A stretch of DNA of 64,000 nucleotides from Octopus sinensis (lineage: Eukaryota): positions 105,276,001 through 105,340,000 of the forward strand of contig NC_043005.1 in NCBI RefSeq assembly GCF_006345805.1, in the 5' to 3' direction. The first letter of the stretch is position 1, and every line of letters starts with the position of its first letter. The position numbers and the translations under genes were made by a program. Below, one piece after another: positions 38,876 to 51,606 of the stretch. The notes below the pieces were generated by a model, which did not search any database, had not been told where the DNA came from, and was given only the letters and a program-made list of their open reading frames with translations.

Positions 38876-39058
38876 CAGTAATCCCTTGATAGGTGAAAAT
38901 CGTGAAGTAAAAACACTACTGTATACTCTTTTACTATTGTTTTTATAATTCATATATATCTATTTTATTATAAATGCAAAACACCACCATGGAGGAGTCG
39001 ACATAAGCTTAAATAACAAACCGTGATAGGTGAACCACGATATAGCGAGGGATTACTG
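38876..39058. mobile_element. pogo/Tigger-like MITE
   Basis: Terminal inverted repeats cagtaatccct / agggattactg; TA follows the right end. Confidence 0.55.
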
Positions 39059-39067
39059 TATGTATAA

Positions 39068-39170
39068 AATGGGCTTCTTTCTTTCTATTTCCATCTACCA
39101 AAGCCATCACAAGGTTTTGGTCAGCCCAAAGCTATAACAGAAGACACTTGCTCTCTGTGCCATGCACTTA
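39068..39170 (-). mobile_element. Family A SINE body fragment
   Basis: gggcttctttc...tttccatctaccaaagccatcacaaggttttggtcagccc...agaagacacttgc. Confidence 0.7.
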
Positions 39171-39827
39171 GGGCGAGTGTCTTATCACACAAAAGTGCCT
39201 GTACCTATGTGTACTTTTTACATAATGAAGTAAAAGGATTTAGAACCTCATACGAAAAGGATTTAGAACTTCATGACTACATTTATACAGTGAAAAGAAT
39301 CCATGCATATTATTCACCCACTCATGTTACTGGTCTCTAGAAATACAAAGAAAAGAAAACAAGTGGAGTCGGCTGAAATTATCTACTTAGGTCATTCTGA
39401 TTCATGTTTAAGAGAAAATTATAATGCGAAATTATTTTATATACCTGCACATTATTGAAGCTACACGCTTTTGCTCCGATGATGAGAGGATATATAATAT
39501 ATAAAGTTGTTCAAGATAGTTTAATTAGGTTCCATAATAGTCACTGAAACATGTAAATAGTTTATCTTCTGAAAAGGCATAGGCAAAACAAAATACATAG
39601 AGCAATGCCTATGTATTAAATATTACACACACACACATGCATTTGAGTGTGTGTGTGTGTATGCATCCTTGTGTTTATTTTCAGGCCCCCACCTCTGCTT
39701 GACAACCAGTGTTAATTTATGAGCCCATACTGTGGCAGTTCAGCAAACCAGGCTAAGAGAATAAGTAAGACTTTAAAAAGTAAGTGAATGTATAAATGTG
39801 TGTGCATGTGAATGTATATATACACAT

Positions 39828-39880
<53 letters not shown>

Positions 39881-42675
39881 TATATATATATACACACATA
39901 CACACACACACAGAAAGAGAGTGAGATGGATGGATGTAAGCTACCACTTGTTTAGTTTGATGAATTTCTATGCTAGGATGGGTTAGACAAACCTGTTACG
40001 AGGCTTTGTTTTGATCCCATTCCAGTCATTAACTCCTTCGAAAGTGCAAAGCAAGCAGACAAGTTGTTGACAGAGCAAGAACCAACACATATGCATGACA
40101 GTATACAAATTATACTTTATATATAAATTCCCTATATATATTTTCTATGGTTAGTTGCAGTTCATTAGAAACTAAATTAGTTTTCACAAACTAAGATATA
40201 CATGTTTGAGTACACAAATACATTGTATACTGAACCATCCATCACCAAACATAACTTAAAGATACCTTTTTTTTTTTGTGAACATAAACTAGAAAGACCT
40301 ATATGATAGTTTTTATGATATACGCATTTTCCATGATTAACCAAGATCTTTTGTTGCATTTCTTTTTACAAGAAATCTATTACCAACGAGATGTCCTTGA
40401 TTGTCACTTCTTTCTATGTATAGCCACTGACTATACTTTATATATATATATACATACACAAATACATATAAAAAAGAAACCGAATATTTTTGCCACTAAA
40501 GGAGCTGGCCTGTGGTCTTTTTGTTGGATCTACCACTGAACAATGTGATTCAAAATAATGAAAACAATGAATGGGACAGAATATATAAATTTATCTATCT
40601 TCCCAACTGTCTCTATCTATCAATTTATATATATATATATTTGCACATCAATATACATATATTAAAATATGTGTGTATCTATGCCTGTGTACATATATAT
40701 ACATAAACAAACACACGTCAATAATATATACAATATATTCAACTATATATCAATAATATACATATGCACACACACACATGTATCTCTATCATCATCACCA
40801 TTTAATGTCTGTCTTCCATATACAAACCCCTTGGACTTTGATATTACGATGATGTAAATATAAAGAAACGAAATCTAATGCTATTTGATACTATCTAACC
40901 ACAGGATCCAGTCTGGAAATGTAAACATGAAAGGCATCTTTATACCTTCTCTTCCATGCTAAACACTATTGTCTGCAGTGAAAGTATTACCTATTAACTT
41001 GTACTTCAGAGAGAGTGGTTTGTTAAGAGTTGAGCATGTCGCATTAGATTTCATTTTAAACATTTGCATCTTAATATTAGACTCAGTTTGGGGAAGAATG
41101 TTTATTCACAACTAACGTGGTCTGCTACTAGTGAATAAACAAATGTCTGTTGTGAAGGCTTTGTAGTGATAAAGTTATTAAATAATGGCCATATGAAATT
41201 TAAATGACTTCAGATAATTATGTAGGACTTAAAAATGGTACTACGTCACGAAAATTTAAGCGAGAATGAATTCCAGTAATTAGTTTTTAAGTCTGGCCCA
41301 TATTCTATTGGCCACTTTTGCTGAATGGGTATTTTGGGGGATGTAAACAAACCAGTACTGGTTGTCCAGCAATGTGGGAGATAAACACTAATACACATAT
41401 ATATTCAAGGATAAATATACATTTAATGTTGATATTTATACATATATATGTACATATATTTGGGTTTACACATGGTAAGTTATTGATTACACCTAACTTT
41501 GACTCTGTACAAGGCATCCTACTACACTCTTACTGGAGTGAACAGTATTAGGGCCATGAAAAGTGCACAACATACACTGCTTCATGGTAGACAAATGAGC
41601 TGAGGAACCTAGGGTTGTGAAGTCCTTTTAATGCTGTCTCAATGAGGAGTTATAATACCACCTGCAGTGTTAGTACCAAGAGAAAATGCATCCCATATAC
41701 TCTGTGAATTGGCTGGTATAAGAAGGGCATCCAGCTGTACAAAGCAAGACAAATGACACATACAAGCACCAACCTTCAGGTGATGCAGTTCTCAATAAGA
41801 AATGACTGTCTAACTCATGCCAGCATGGAAAGCAGACATAAAATGAAAATGTATTTATATGTATGCAGAGATGTTTCCAATAGTGTAGATTATATAATGC
41901 TGATGTTTCAAACGTAACTCTGAACAAAACAAAAAATGGATGAAAAAATGCTAAAGTTACAGTAATTAGTGGTAACAAAGTCAGTGATGGTAGTCGAGAA
42001 TGAAAGAAAACTGCAAATAAAAAAAAATTCCAAAATTTTATTGACAGTCTTAATGTATGCCCTCGAAAATGTGCTGCTTTGCAAAATTCCATCAAAGATT
42101 ATGTATTTTTAACAAAATTATGAAGAGAAAGTCAGGAGGTTTTTTTTCTCTCATTTTTTTCCCAACACATTATAAATCTATATAATCAAAAATATCTTCA
42201 CAAAAATTTTGTTATGATGAAATAAGCATTTTTAAGAAAGTCATGAGGAAATAAAGTTGGACAAGGGGAGCACACACATACACACACACAACGGTATATA
42301 TCTCCTTCCAGACAATCAGGTCATAGTCACTCATACGTAAATACACATACATTTATTTCCATACACAAGTACACACATGAATATGCATTCATACCTTGCA
42401 CAGTATGTGGGTGAATATGTACATGATCAGCTACCATTAACATACTGTCTTGCTATCCAGATATCCCTGCTGAGACAATACATTTTACTTCATTAATGCA
42501 TTATAATAAACTATCGTTACTATGTATATCAGCTGCTGTGACAATATCATCATCACCACTACAACTCTGATATCACACACACATACATAAAGGGAGAGAG
42601 AGAGTAACTAAATTACTATGGTAACTAAACGAACTCGGTCACCAACCATCACACCAGTCAGTCTATGTGTGTGGG

Positions 42676-42714
<39 letters not shown>

Positions 42715-44774
42715 ATGATATACAAATGTAGAAAGTATAGATCTACTTTCAATATTGATAAATGCAATTAAATACAAAACAACAAAATCCTAACTCATTC
42801 TACAAGATTGTTTAGCTTAGTTGTAACTGAACACACCTATAATCAAAGGTGCTCCAGCCATGACCAAGCAGTTAATTATTTTCCAGGCAATGAAATATAC
42901 TGACCAAATGCTTTTTCTTTTGTATGACAGTGGGTGTGAGGTGGCTGTTATGTCTAGCAAGTCGAGTAATCTTGTAGAGTTACCTTACCAGCTCTTTCTT
43001 TACGTTGTGATGGAAAAATTAAGTTATGAAACATAACCAGCATTAACAGAATGTTTCATTACACACATGTGTCATCCTTATACACACATGTATCAAAAGA
43101 ATGGACTTTTAAAGAAAGGGAAAGGGAGTGTTGTAACGTTTATATTTTTCCTAGGATTAGTGGCCGTCCTTTCTGGATAGCAGTAGTAGTAGTTATTGTT
43201 TTGTTCTTTTCAGGAAATTCAGAAATCTGTCCCAAGAATGGAAATAAAAAAAAAGCTTCCGATTCTCAGAAACCACCCATCACATATGGTGATTATAGAT
43301 GAACAGTTTATGTTATTACAATGGAGAGAGAAAGAGAGAGAGAGAGAGGAATGGGACAGCTATGTAGTAGGACATCCATCCTTGCATTCATGCAATAAAA
43401 AAATGGTGATAATAAAAAAAATCCCAACTGTGCAAACCAGAAGTAACCCAGTGCACTCCACCCTTAATTGATGAGCTGCTAACCAGTTATGCCAAAATAC
43501 TACTACAATACAACATCTGCATGATATATCAAATTATACAACTGAGTAGTGTACACACATACAAATTTGTGCAGTATACATGCATACACACGTCTATATA
43601 TAAGCATTTATATGTATATACAAAGTGGTGACTTAAAAGCTGTAAATGGAGAAACAAATGCTTTTCATATTGCCATGGTCCCATCCCCATTTATATCATA
43701 CTTATAACCATTCTACAACCAAAATGATAAAGCTGCTAAAAACAATAACTATATTTGCTACTCCAGATTAAGCAAAGCCCCATCCAGTTAAAGAAAATAA
43801 TATCAAGAACAAAAATATTAATAATAACGATGTTAATTGAACATAAATAATTATAAGGATTGTGATAAGGATGATAAAATTACATTGAAAATTGTGACAG
43901 TTGAAGACACGAGGCCACATTAAAACACATAAACTAAGATAGTAGTCACCATTTGCTTAGTATTATTAATATTTGTCTGTCTCTTAGACAATTAGATGGC
44001 TAATTAATATAATTCTTCTTTAACAACCCAATGGCTGTCTAGTAATGAGTTAAATGCCACCTATTATTATTAGGTGAGGTTCATAGAGTTAATTTTTAAA
44101 ATTCTAATCAAATAACAATGTAAAGTTTCTGATCAAATTTCACTGGAATTAAAACAGAATCAAATATAAAACTCATTTAATAAAAGTTATAACAAACTCT
44201 TCCTCCACAAGTATCAAGTACTTTATTTTGTACTTATGAACAAACACAGATGACATATATAGATATATACTATTTTGGTTTAGGCAGTCTCTTGCAACTC
44301 TGAGATTCCCCTGTAGGTGCACAGGAACTTCTGGCAAGTTGTAGAGGGATATTTTTAAATACATGCCTCTCATTTATAATGTGATGAAAGTCCTTTACTT
44401 TGACACTAGTACTTGGTCAGTGTTTTTTTTCCCATGAACTGTGAAAAAACCGAATCTATATGTTCTGTAGTCGCCACCTCACGTTCTCTTCCTCAATCTA
44501 AAGCTGTTTTTTTTAAATGCCTATCATCCCAGTGATGTGAATTATCATTAGCACAGCTGGACTATTAGTACCATAGAATATTAGGTGTTTGTGAACTTTC
44601 AATAAAACTATGCAGCTTCTAGTTCCCATGGCTGAGGAGTAGTGTTACACGTTCAATTTGTATATTTTCATTGTTTCAATGGTCAATATATATACTGACA
44701 TCACAGAGACCTTTGACAGTTCCAATCCATCTCTCAATTGAGAGGACTAGTCTTGCAAGCTACTTGGTAACACC

Positions 44775-44985
44775 ACTGATGCTAGTGCAACAAAAAAAGT
44801 ATCCAAGCTGGTGCCACATAAAGACCACTCAGGATACATATCAGAGTGTTTGGTGTTAGGAAGGGCATCCAACCATAAAAGCTCTGCCGAAACAGACAAC
44901 TGGAGACAGGGACAGCTTTCTAGTGAGCTAGCTCCTATTAAAGCAACCATTCTAAGTGAGCAACGAAAATGGATATTAAGTATAT
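44775..44985 (+). mobile_element. RTE-LINE 3'-tail repeat
   Basis: ggtgttaggaagggcatccaaccataaaagctctgccgaaacagac. Confidence 0.65.
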
Positions 44986-45520
44986 ATATATATATATATA
45001 CATGTAGGTGTATATATATATACAAATACATATACGTATACATATATATGCAAATATATATAAGTATATATATCTATATACAAATATATATATACACACA
45101 CACATACACATATATGTATGTATATATATATATACACACACAAAAATATAAACATTCAAATACATATAATATAAATACACAAAAAATCAATATATATATA
45201 TATATATATATATGCAAAAACTTATATATATATATATGTATATAATTATATATATATAAAATACATATATATATATAAATATACATATCTATATAAGTAT
45301 ATATATATATATGTATATATACATATACTACTAATATACGATAAAATTCTTTTCAGAAAAAATTTCATCGAAAGTGGCAGCATATTAAAATACCTTTAAA
45401 GGTATATATACATATATATAAATATATATATATATATAAATATACATAAAAAGTATATTATATATATAAATATACACATAAAAGTATATTATATATATAT
45501 ATATACATATAAAAATATAT

Positions 45521-45575
<55 letters not shown>

Positions 45576-45888
45576 CTACATTTTATATATATATACATAT
45601 ATATATATTCATATAACATACATACATGCATACATATATATATATATATATACACACACATACATACATATATATACACATATATATATACACACATACA
45701 TATACACACATACATATATATACACACATATATATATATATATATACACACATACATATAAATATATACATACATACATACATACATACATACATTACAT
45801 ACATACATACATACATACATTATACATACATACATACATATATACATACATACATACAACATACATACATACATAATACATATATACA

Positions 45889-45962
<74 letters not shown>

Positions 45963-45965
45963 CAT
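44985..45965. repeat. ~1-kb compound (TA)n/(CA)n/(TACA)n array
   Basis: Direct reading; includes a short higher-order unit aaatatacataaaaagtatattatatatat repeated about 3 times at 45410-45520. Confidence 0.95.
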
Positions 45966-46105
45966 GACAGGCTTCTTTCAGTTTCCATCTAACAAATCCA
46001 CCTACAAGACTTTGGAAGGCCCGATACTATAGCAGAAGACACTTGCACAAGGTACCACGCAGTTGGGTCTGAACCCGGAACCATGTGGTTGGGAAGCATA
46101 TTGCT
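45965..46105 (-). mobile_element. Family A SINE head and body
   Basis: gacaggcttctttcagtttccatc...agaagacacttgcacaaggtaccacgcagttgggtctgaacccggaaccatgtggttgggaagc. Confidence 0.85.
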
Positions 46106-46647
46106 ATATATATATATACATACATACAGTGGGAGAGAGAAAGAGACAGCTGGATTGAGTGGTACTGCCCAGGTATCAAAACCATAATGACATCCATGAG
46201 GCAGCTGATGAGATGCATATGTTTAATGTGCTTGTTTATTTGTTTGTTTTGCTGACTATACATTTTCTAAATCTTGTGTTCATGTTCCCTTAGTCTGATC
46301 CTTCTTTGAGATTCTAATACAGGAATAAACTTGGTTAAAAAGTTCATAGTTTACAAAGGCTTTGCTGCATACATTAAAAGCAAACTTGATACTGCATATA
46401 TATAGATAGATAGATATAGATATCTATAATCAGGGTGTGATAAGTAAAGTTTTAATTTCACACATGCCCATTTTTTTATTTTGTCGATTGCACAATATAG
46501 TAGGGTCAGTTCCACACCATCTGTGACAAAAACAGCACCATTACGCAATTCACTCTGCCAGAAATTTGGAAATGACATGCAGTACAGTTTGGTATTTGCA
46601 TCATAAGCTCGAATACAAACATTTCAGAGTGAGTGAGTGTCAGTCTC

Positions 46648-47235
46648 AGGACAAGTACCGAGAGTGATAAAAATGAAAGATCCAGTCAACATTGGTGTTT
46701 GCAGTTATCTCTAGCAATGGTGATGTTATGCCTGCTTTCATCTCCCCACACTGCCTCAGGCTCAACACGGAGACCAACATCAAGTGCCTGGAGGAGGTTG
46801 TGCTGCCTGGGTCAAAGGGCAGGCTGTTGGAAGACCCTATGCTGTCTGGCAACAGGACTCTGCACCAAGCCCTAAAAGCAGGAGAACCCAGTCATGGCTG
46901 TAAGACAATTTCTGCAACCACATCATCCCTAACACCCCAGACTGCAACCTCCTTAATTATTATATCTGGGGCGCAGTTGAGCAAGAGTCCAACAAAACTC
47001 CTTGTAGTAATAAAGCAAGGATTATGACAACATTCACCAACTTACACAAGGAAACCGTCCAGAAGAGTTGCAGGAGATTCCAAAGCCATCTGGAGACTTT
47101 GGTTGAAGCCAATGGTGAATTTATTGAATAAATTTACTCTTTAGTATTTCAAGATATTTTTATGTAACTTTGGTAAATAAGTTTAACATGAGATGTCAGT
47201 GCTATTTTCATTTTCGCATAATTTGGACGACAATA
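46648..47235 (+). mobile_element. Second DD37D (maT-type) mariner transposase pseudogene, same family as 17472-18245
   Basis: VFAVISSNGDVMPAFISPHCLRLNTETNIKCLEEVVLP...tggcaacaggactctgcacc...; 3' UTR atttattgaataaatttactctttagtatttcaagatatt matches the reverse complement of 17560-17600. Confidence 0.9.
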
Positions 47236-47254
47236 TATATATATGTATGCATAA

Positions 47255-47437
47255 TTTTTCTTTACCTGTTTCAGTCATTAGGCCATGCTGGGGTACTGCT
47301 TTGGATTGTTAGTATTTTTTTTTAACTGGTGCTTATTCTGTCGGCCACTTTTGCCGGAATGTTAAGTTACAGAGATGTAAACACACCAACAACAGTTATC
47401 AAATGCTGATGGTGGTGGAGCAAACAAGGACACATAG

Positions 47438-47474
<37 letters not shown>

Positions 47475-47945
47475 TAACAAACATTTGAGTGAGGTCGTTG
47501 CAGGTGCCACTGGACTGGCTCCTGTGCAGGTGGCACATAAAAAGCACCATTTGAGCATGGTCGTTGCCAGGACCATCTGAATGGCCCTTGTGCCGGTGGC
47601 ATGTAAAAGCACCCAACACACTCTCGGAGTTGTTGGCGTAAGGAAGGGCATCCAGCTGTAGAAACTCTGCCTGATTAAATTGGAGTCTGGTGCAGCCATC
47701 TTGTCCGCCAGACCTCAGTCAAATCATCCAACTCATGCTAGCATGGAAAGCGGATGTTAAACGATGATATATATATATATATACACACATACATACATAC
47801 AACAGGCTTCTTTCAGTTTCCATCTACAAACTCCACTCACAAGGCTTTAGTTGGCCTGAGACCATAGTAGAAGACACTTGCTCAAGTGGGACTGAACCCA
47901 GAAGCATGTGGTTGGCAAGCAAGCTTCTTACCACACAGCCACCTA
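47255..47945 (-). mobile_element. Family A SINE (minus) split by an RTE-tail repeat (47478-47768, plus)
   Basis: Head and body at 47800-47945, tail at 47255-47435, RTE-tail between two TA/CA tracts. Confidence 0.75.
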
Positions 47946-49059
47946 AGGGCTGAACTTGTTCAGGGAGTCTGTATAGTTTATGGATATTTTGTTGCACATA
48001 CAAAAATATATAAGGATGCATATCATATAAATTTTATATATAAATAATCATTCTCTTCACTTTAGTGCCTACTTTTCCATGCTTGCAAGGGTCTAACAGA
48101 AGTTCCATAAGTTAAATATTCTGAAGCTTGATGCTCTTCCAGTCACCAATCTTCATTCGTTTCTAAGCAAGGTAAAAATCTCCTCCATAACCAGACATGT
48201 GACCATAAAACATTAGAAACATGTGACACTGCTTCTATGGGGCTGATACTTATTTCGCAAATACCAAGTACTGTCAAGATGAGGGAGCACAAACGCATGG
48301 CTTCATTCAGTTTCCATCTAGAGTTCACATGGCTTTGTTGGCCACAGGCTACAATAAAAGACACACATGATATCTTTATAAATAATATATAGAGAAATAT
48401 TACATACACAGACAGTATATCATCATCATTTAAAAGATGTTAAAAGGTGATGAAATAACTACGTATAATACACACACACAATAATGTGTTGGAGTATTGC
48501 ATCAACTACTGATCCCTTTACAGCTTGGGTTGGATATTTTTTATCATACCACCAACAACTGAGGAATAGTTTTCTTAGACACACTGTAACAACTTATTCA
48601 GAGTTACCAGTCTCCTAGATGGATTGCTTTCACAATGGATTCCGTGGAGTCCACAGCGTTCTCCTGGTAAAATTTCAGTTATAGAATAAACACTAAGAAA
48701 ATAATGGGAATTGGGAATGAGAGAGAGCTCAGAAGTGGGATGATATAAATTGAGGAGATTTAGATAAGAAGGATATCGAAGTGGAAAGGGAGAGAGGGAC
48801 ATGAGAGTTTAAGAGACAAAATAAAATCTAGAATCAAGAGGAATCAAAGAAAACTTGATGAAGAGTGAAGTTTTAGTAAGAAAGAAGACAGGACCTTGCA
48901 GCTACCAGGCAAATAGTTGAGACTGATATGCAGAAAAGACGGTAGGAAAACTATAAAGTGTACTCAAGTGTGAACTCTGGGAGTACAAGATGCATACTGG
49001 GAACACAAGCAGGCTGACAGTAAACAAATGTACATACAGGAGTTAGCAATTAGAGCATT

Positions 49060-49640
49060 GGCAAAATGTATTCTTTTTAATGTTCGGGAGGCTCCATGGA
49101 TGTAGTTACTTATTTGTTAGCTAGGAGGCCTAAACAGAAATAGAGGAGGGTGTCATGAGAGCATAGTAGCAAGGTAAAAGTGGAAATACTTCAGAGAAGT
49201 ACTACTTTTACTGGTGAGAAAGGAATTTCTCTCTTCAGACGATGAGGATAAAGTGTACAGTGCATATATGTACAAAGTGCAATGCTGCATGGTAAAGAAA
49301 CAGTCAATGAATGCAGACAATGAGCAAAAGTTGGAAATAAAGGCAATAAACACACTTTGCTGCATGTATAATGGTAGTGTGCAAGAGCTACATGGCACAG
49401 TTAAGCTCAGAAAAAAATCTCAGTAAAGGGCAATCCAAAGTAGTGTGCAGAGATCACTCTCTTTGTTTGGACAAGTAGTACATATGTTGATAAGATGAAT
49501 GAAGAAATGCAAAGAAGTCAAAGTGGAAGGAAACTGTGAAAAGGAAAGCCAAGGAAAATTAGCAGAAATAGGGAAAGCTGATACCAGTGAGTTGAACCTC
49601 ATGCAACAAGTGGTGAGGTATGTTTTACAAAAAGCCTCAT
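49060..49640 (+). mobile_element. RTE-clade LINE ORF C-terminal remnant
   Basis: GGCHESIVAR..WKYFREVLLLLVRK...LCCMYNGSV...KKCKEVKVEGNCEKE..GK parallels RTE GGC.ES..AR...W.KFRELLPLL...LRWMCNVSV...KKC....VEG...RGRP.K. Confidence 0.75.
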
Positions 49641-49874
49641 TCAACCATTGCAATCATGGAAAGTGGATGCAGAAACAATGATGATAATGAGAGTAAGTTT
49701 GTTTCTGAGAACAAAAACACCAACTCAGATATGGAAAACAATACGACTATAACAGTGAGGAGGTTAAGATAACTAAATAAGTTGAATAGATATGAATAGT
49801 GACCATAGGAAATTTTAATCAATACTAATAATATATATATGTATATACATACACACATATATATATATATACAC

Positions 49875-49932
<58 letters not shown>

Positions 49933-49984
49933 CACACATATATATATATATATGCACACACATATATATATATATATATATTTA

Positions 49985-50145
49985 TTGGTATAGTTGTGGT
50001 TATGTTGAAGGACTTTGCTTCTTAACGACATGGTTACTAGTTTAGTCCCACTGGGTGGCATCATAGGGAGTGTCTTCTATAGTACCAGGCCGAGCAATTG
50101 TAAGTGGATTTGGCAGACAGAAACTGAAACAAGACTCTCGTATAC
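49985..50145 (+). mobile_element. Family A SINE head and body after (TA)n
   Basis: tagtcccactgggtggcatcatagggagtgtcttctatag...gtggatttggcagacagaaactgaaac. Confidence 0.7.
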
Positions 50146-50959
50146 ACACACACACACACATGAATGTGTATGTATCACCTTATTTTGATCACAGTAGTTG
50201 CGAATGTCACTGTCACACAAGCAGTATCACTCATTTCCAATATTCTGCAAAAAAATGTCTGGCCACGGTGAAAGTTGCTTTGAAAACCAAGAATAAACAA
50301 TGATGATATGTACGTACATGTGTGTGTATATATATCCACACACACAATATTTTTATAAATATAATTCAATATCATAGACTCATAACAGCCAATTTACCAA
50401 TTAGTTTCATACTGGAACTTGAGAGAAATCTTGGCAATCATCAGAAGAGATACAATTACTTATATATGCAAATATATGCACATATTCAGATATATGTATG
50501 TATGTGTGTGTGTGTGTATATATATATATGCATATATATACAAGATGGGTATCAAGTTTCCACCTCCCAAATTTCTTTTACAAGGCTTTTGATCCATGGC
50601 TAATGTAGGAGACATGAACTGGCATATATCTGTAATATAGTACAAATACAATAAAGTATATTAAACATACGTGTGTGTATGTATATATATATATATGTCC
50701 ATGAATATGTGTATATACATATGTGATGTGGGCATGGACTCACTGGGTAAACAATGAGATTTCTGGCTTGGATAACATTGCTTGACATATTGGGTAAGTT
50801 TATTTTTGATAGTCTCCAGTCCACTCCAAGGCCTGAATAAATACATGTGAATTATAATCAGCCAGAATACTTAATAAGTTTTACATGTTAATTCAGCCAG
50901 GAAGTAGGTCATTCAGTATATATCTTACAATATACATAAATTAATTTATACGACATCAC

Positions 50960-51044
50960 TTGTCCATCCTTGCATGAGCCAAATGCAATTTGTTCCAGCA
51001 AATTTTGTTCAGCAGAACTTTCATCCATTTCCAAATGCAGAAGA
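50960..51044 (-). CDS. Candidate exon, 85 nt (LLHLEMDESSAEQNLLEQIAFGSCKDGQ), possibly containing the start ATG
   Basis: tcatttctttccag|TCTTCTGC...GGACAA|gtgatg; good acceptor, moderate donor; a second frame is also open. Confidence 0.4.
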
Positions 51045-51575
51045 CTGGAAAGAAATGATACATGAGGTAGGATGGTGACATTTGTTTACAACTTACAACT
51101 ACTTGCATGATGTCATAAGGGGACACAAATATAGAAATGGATATATACATAAACATGTATGCATGTGTGTGTGTGTTTAGACATAGATATGTAATACATG
51201 GAGCTCTACGGGGAGCTGGGGTAGTTGTCTTCAAGATACAACTTGACCTCCAGCTGTACAAGGTCCCAGATGAACCTACATCAGAGCAAGAAGCCGATAA
51301 TGGGGCAGCAATATCAAATTATCTCTTTCACCAAAAGCCAAACAAAAAAGAAAGGCCACCAAAAGAGTGATAATGCTGGTGGTGACCCAGCATGGCCGTA
51401 AACCATTGGGCTGAAACGCATAAAAGAATATATTAAAGTATAATTACATTACATTACTCGATTTTACATATTTATATGGGTTGGATGATATGGAATATCT
51501 ATTATACAGTATATTAGTATACACACGCACAAATTATCATGCTGTATACACCTTATATATTCACATACTTGAGTG

Positions 51576-51606
<31 letters not shown>

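Noticed and set aside
39233-39278. 23-bp direct repeat aaaaggatttagaac
   Set aside because: Two copies with no spacer; simple local duplication, not CRISPR-like
39444-39570. Minus-strand exon with donor CAG|gtatat
   Set aside because: All frames contain stops after either available acceptor
44811-45988. Long ORFs rich in Y/I/M/C/V/H/T here and at 6809-7089, 39712-39986, 49637-50064 and 61194-63329
   Set aside because: Translations of TA/CA/TG microsatellites; stop-free only because of repeat composition
40380-46560. Additional small minus-strand exon candidates (WLYIERSDNQGHLV ~40385, TIVFSMEEK ~40945, QGYLDSKT ~42445, IKFAFNVCSKAF ~46355, SELRNGAVFVTDG ~46500)
   Set aside because: At least one weak splice site each; indistinguishable from chance pseudo-exons without RNA data
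50975-51000. IAFGSC similarity to PhoD-type phosphatases
   Set aside because: Six-residue resemblance only, and the reading frame itself is uncertain
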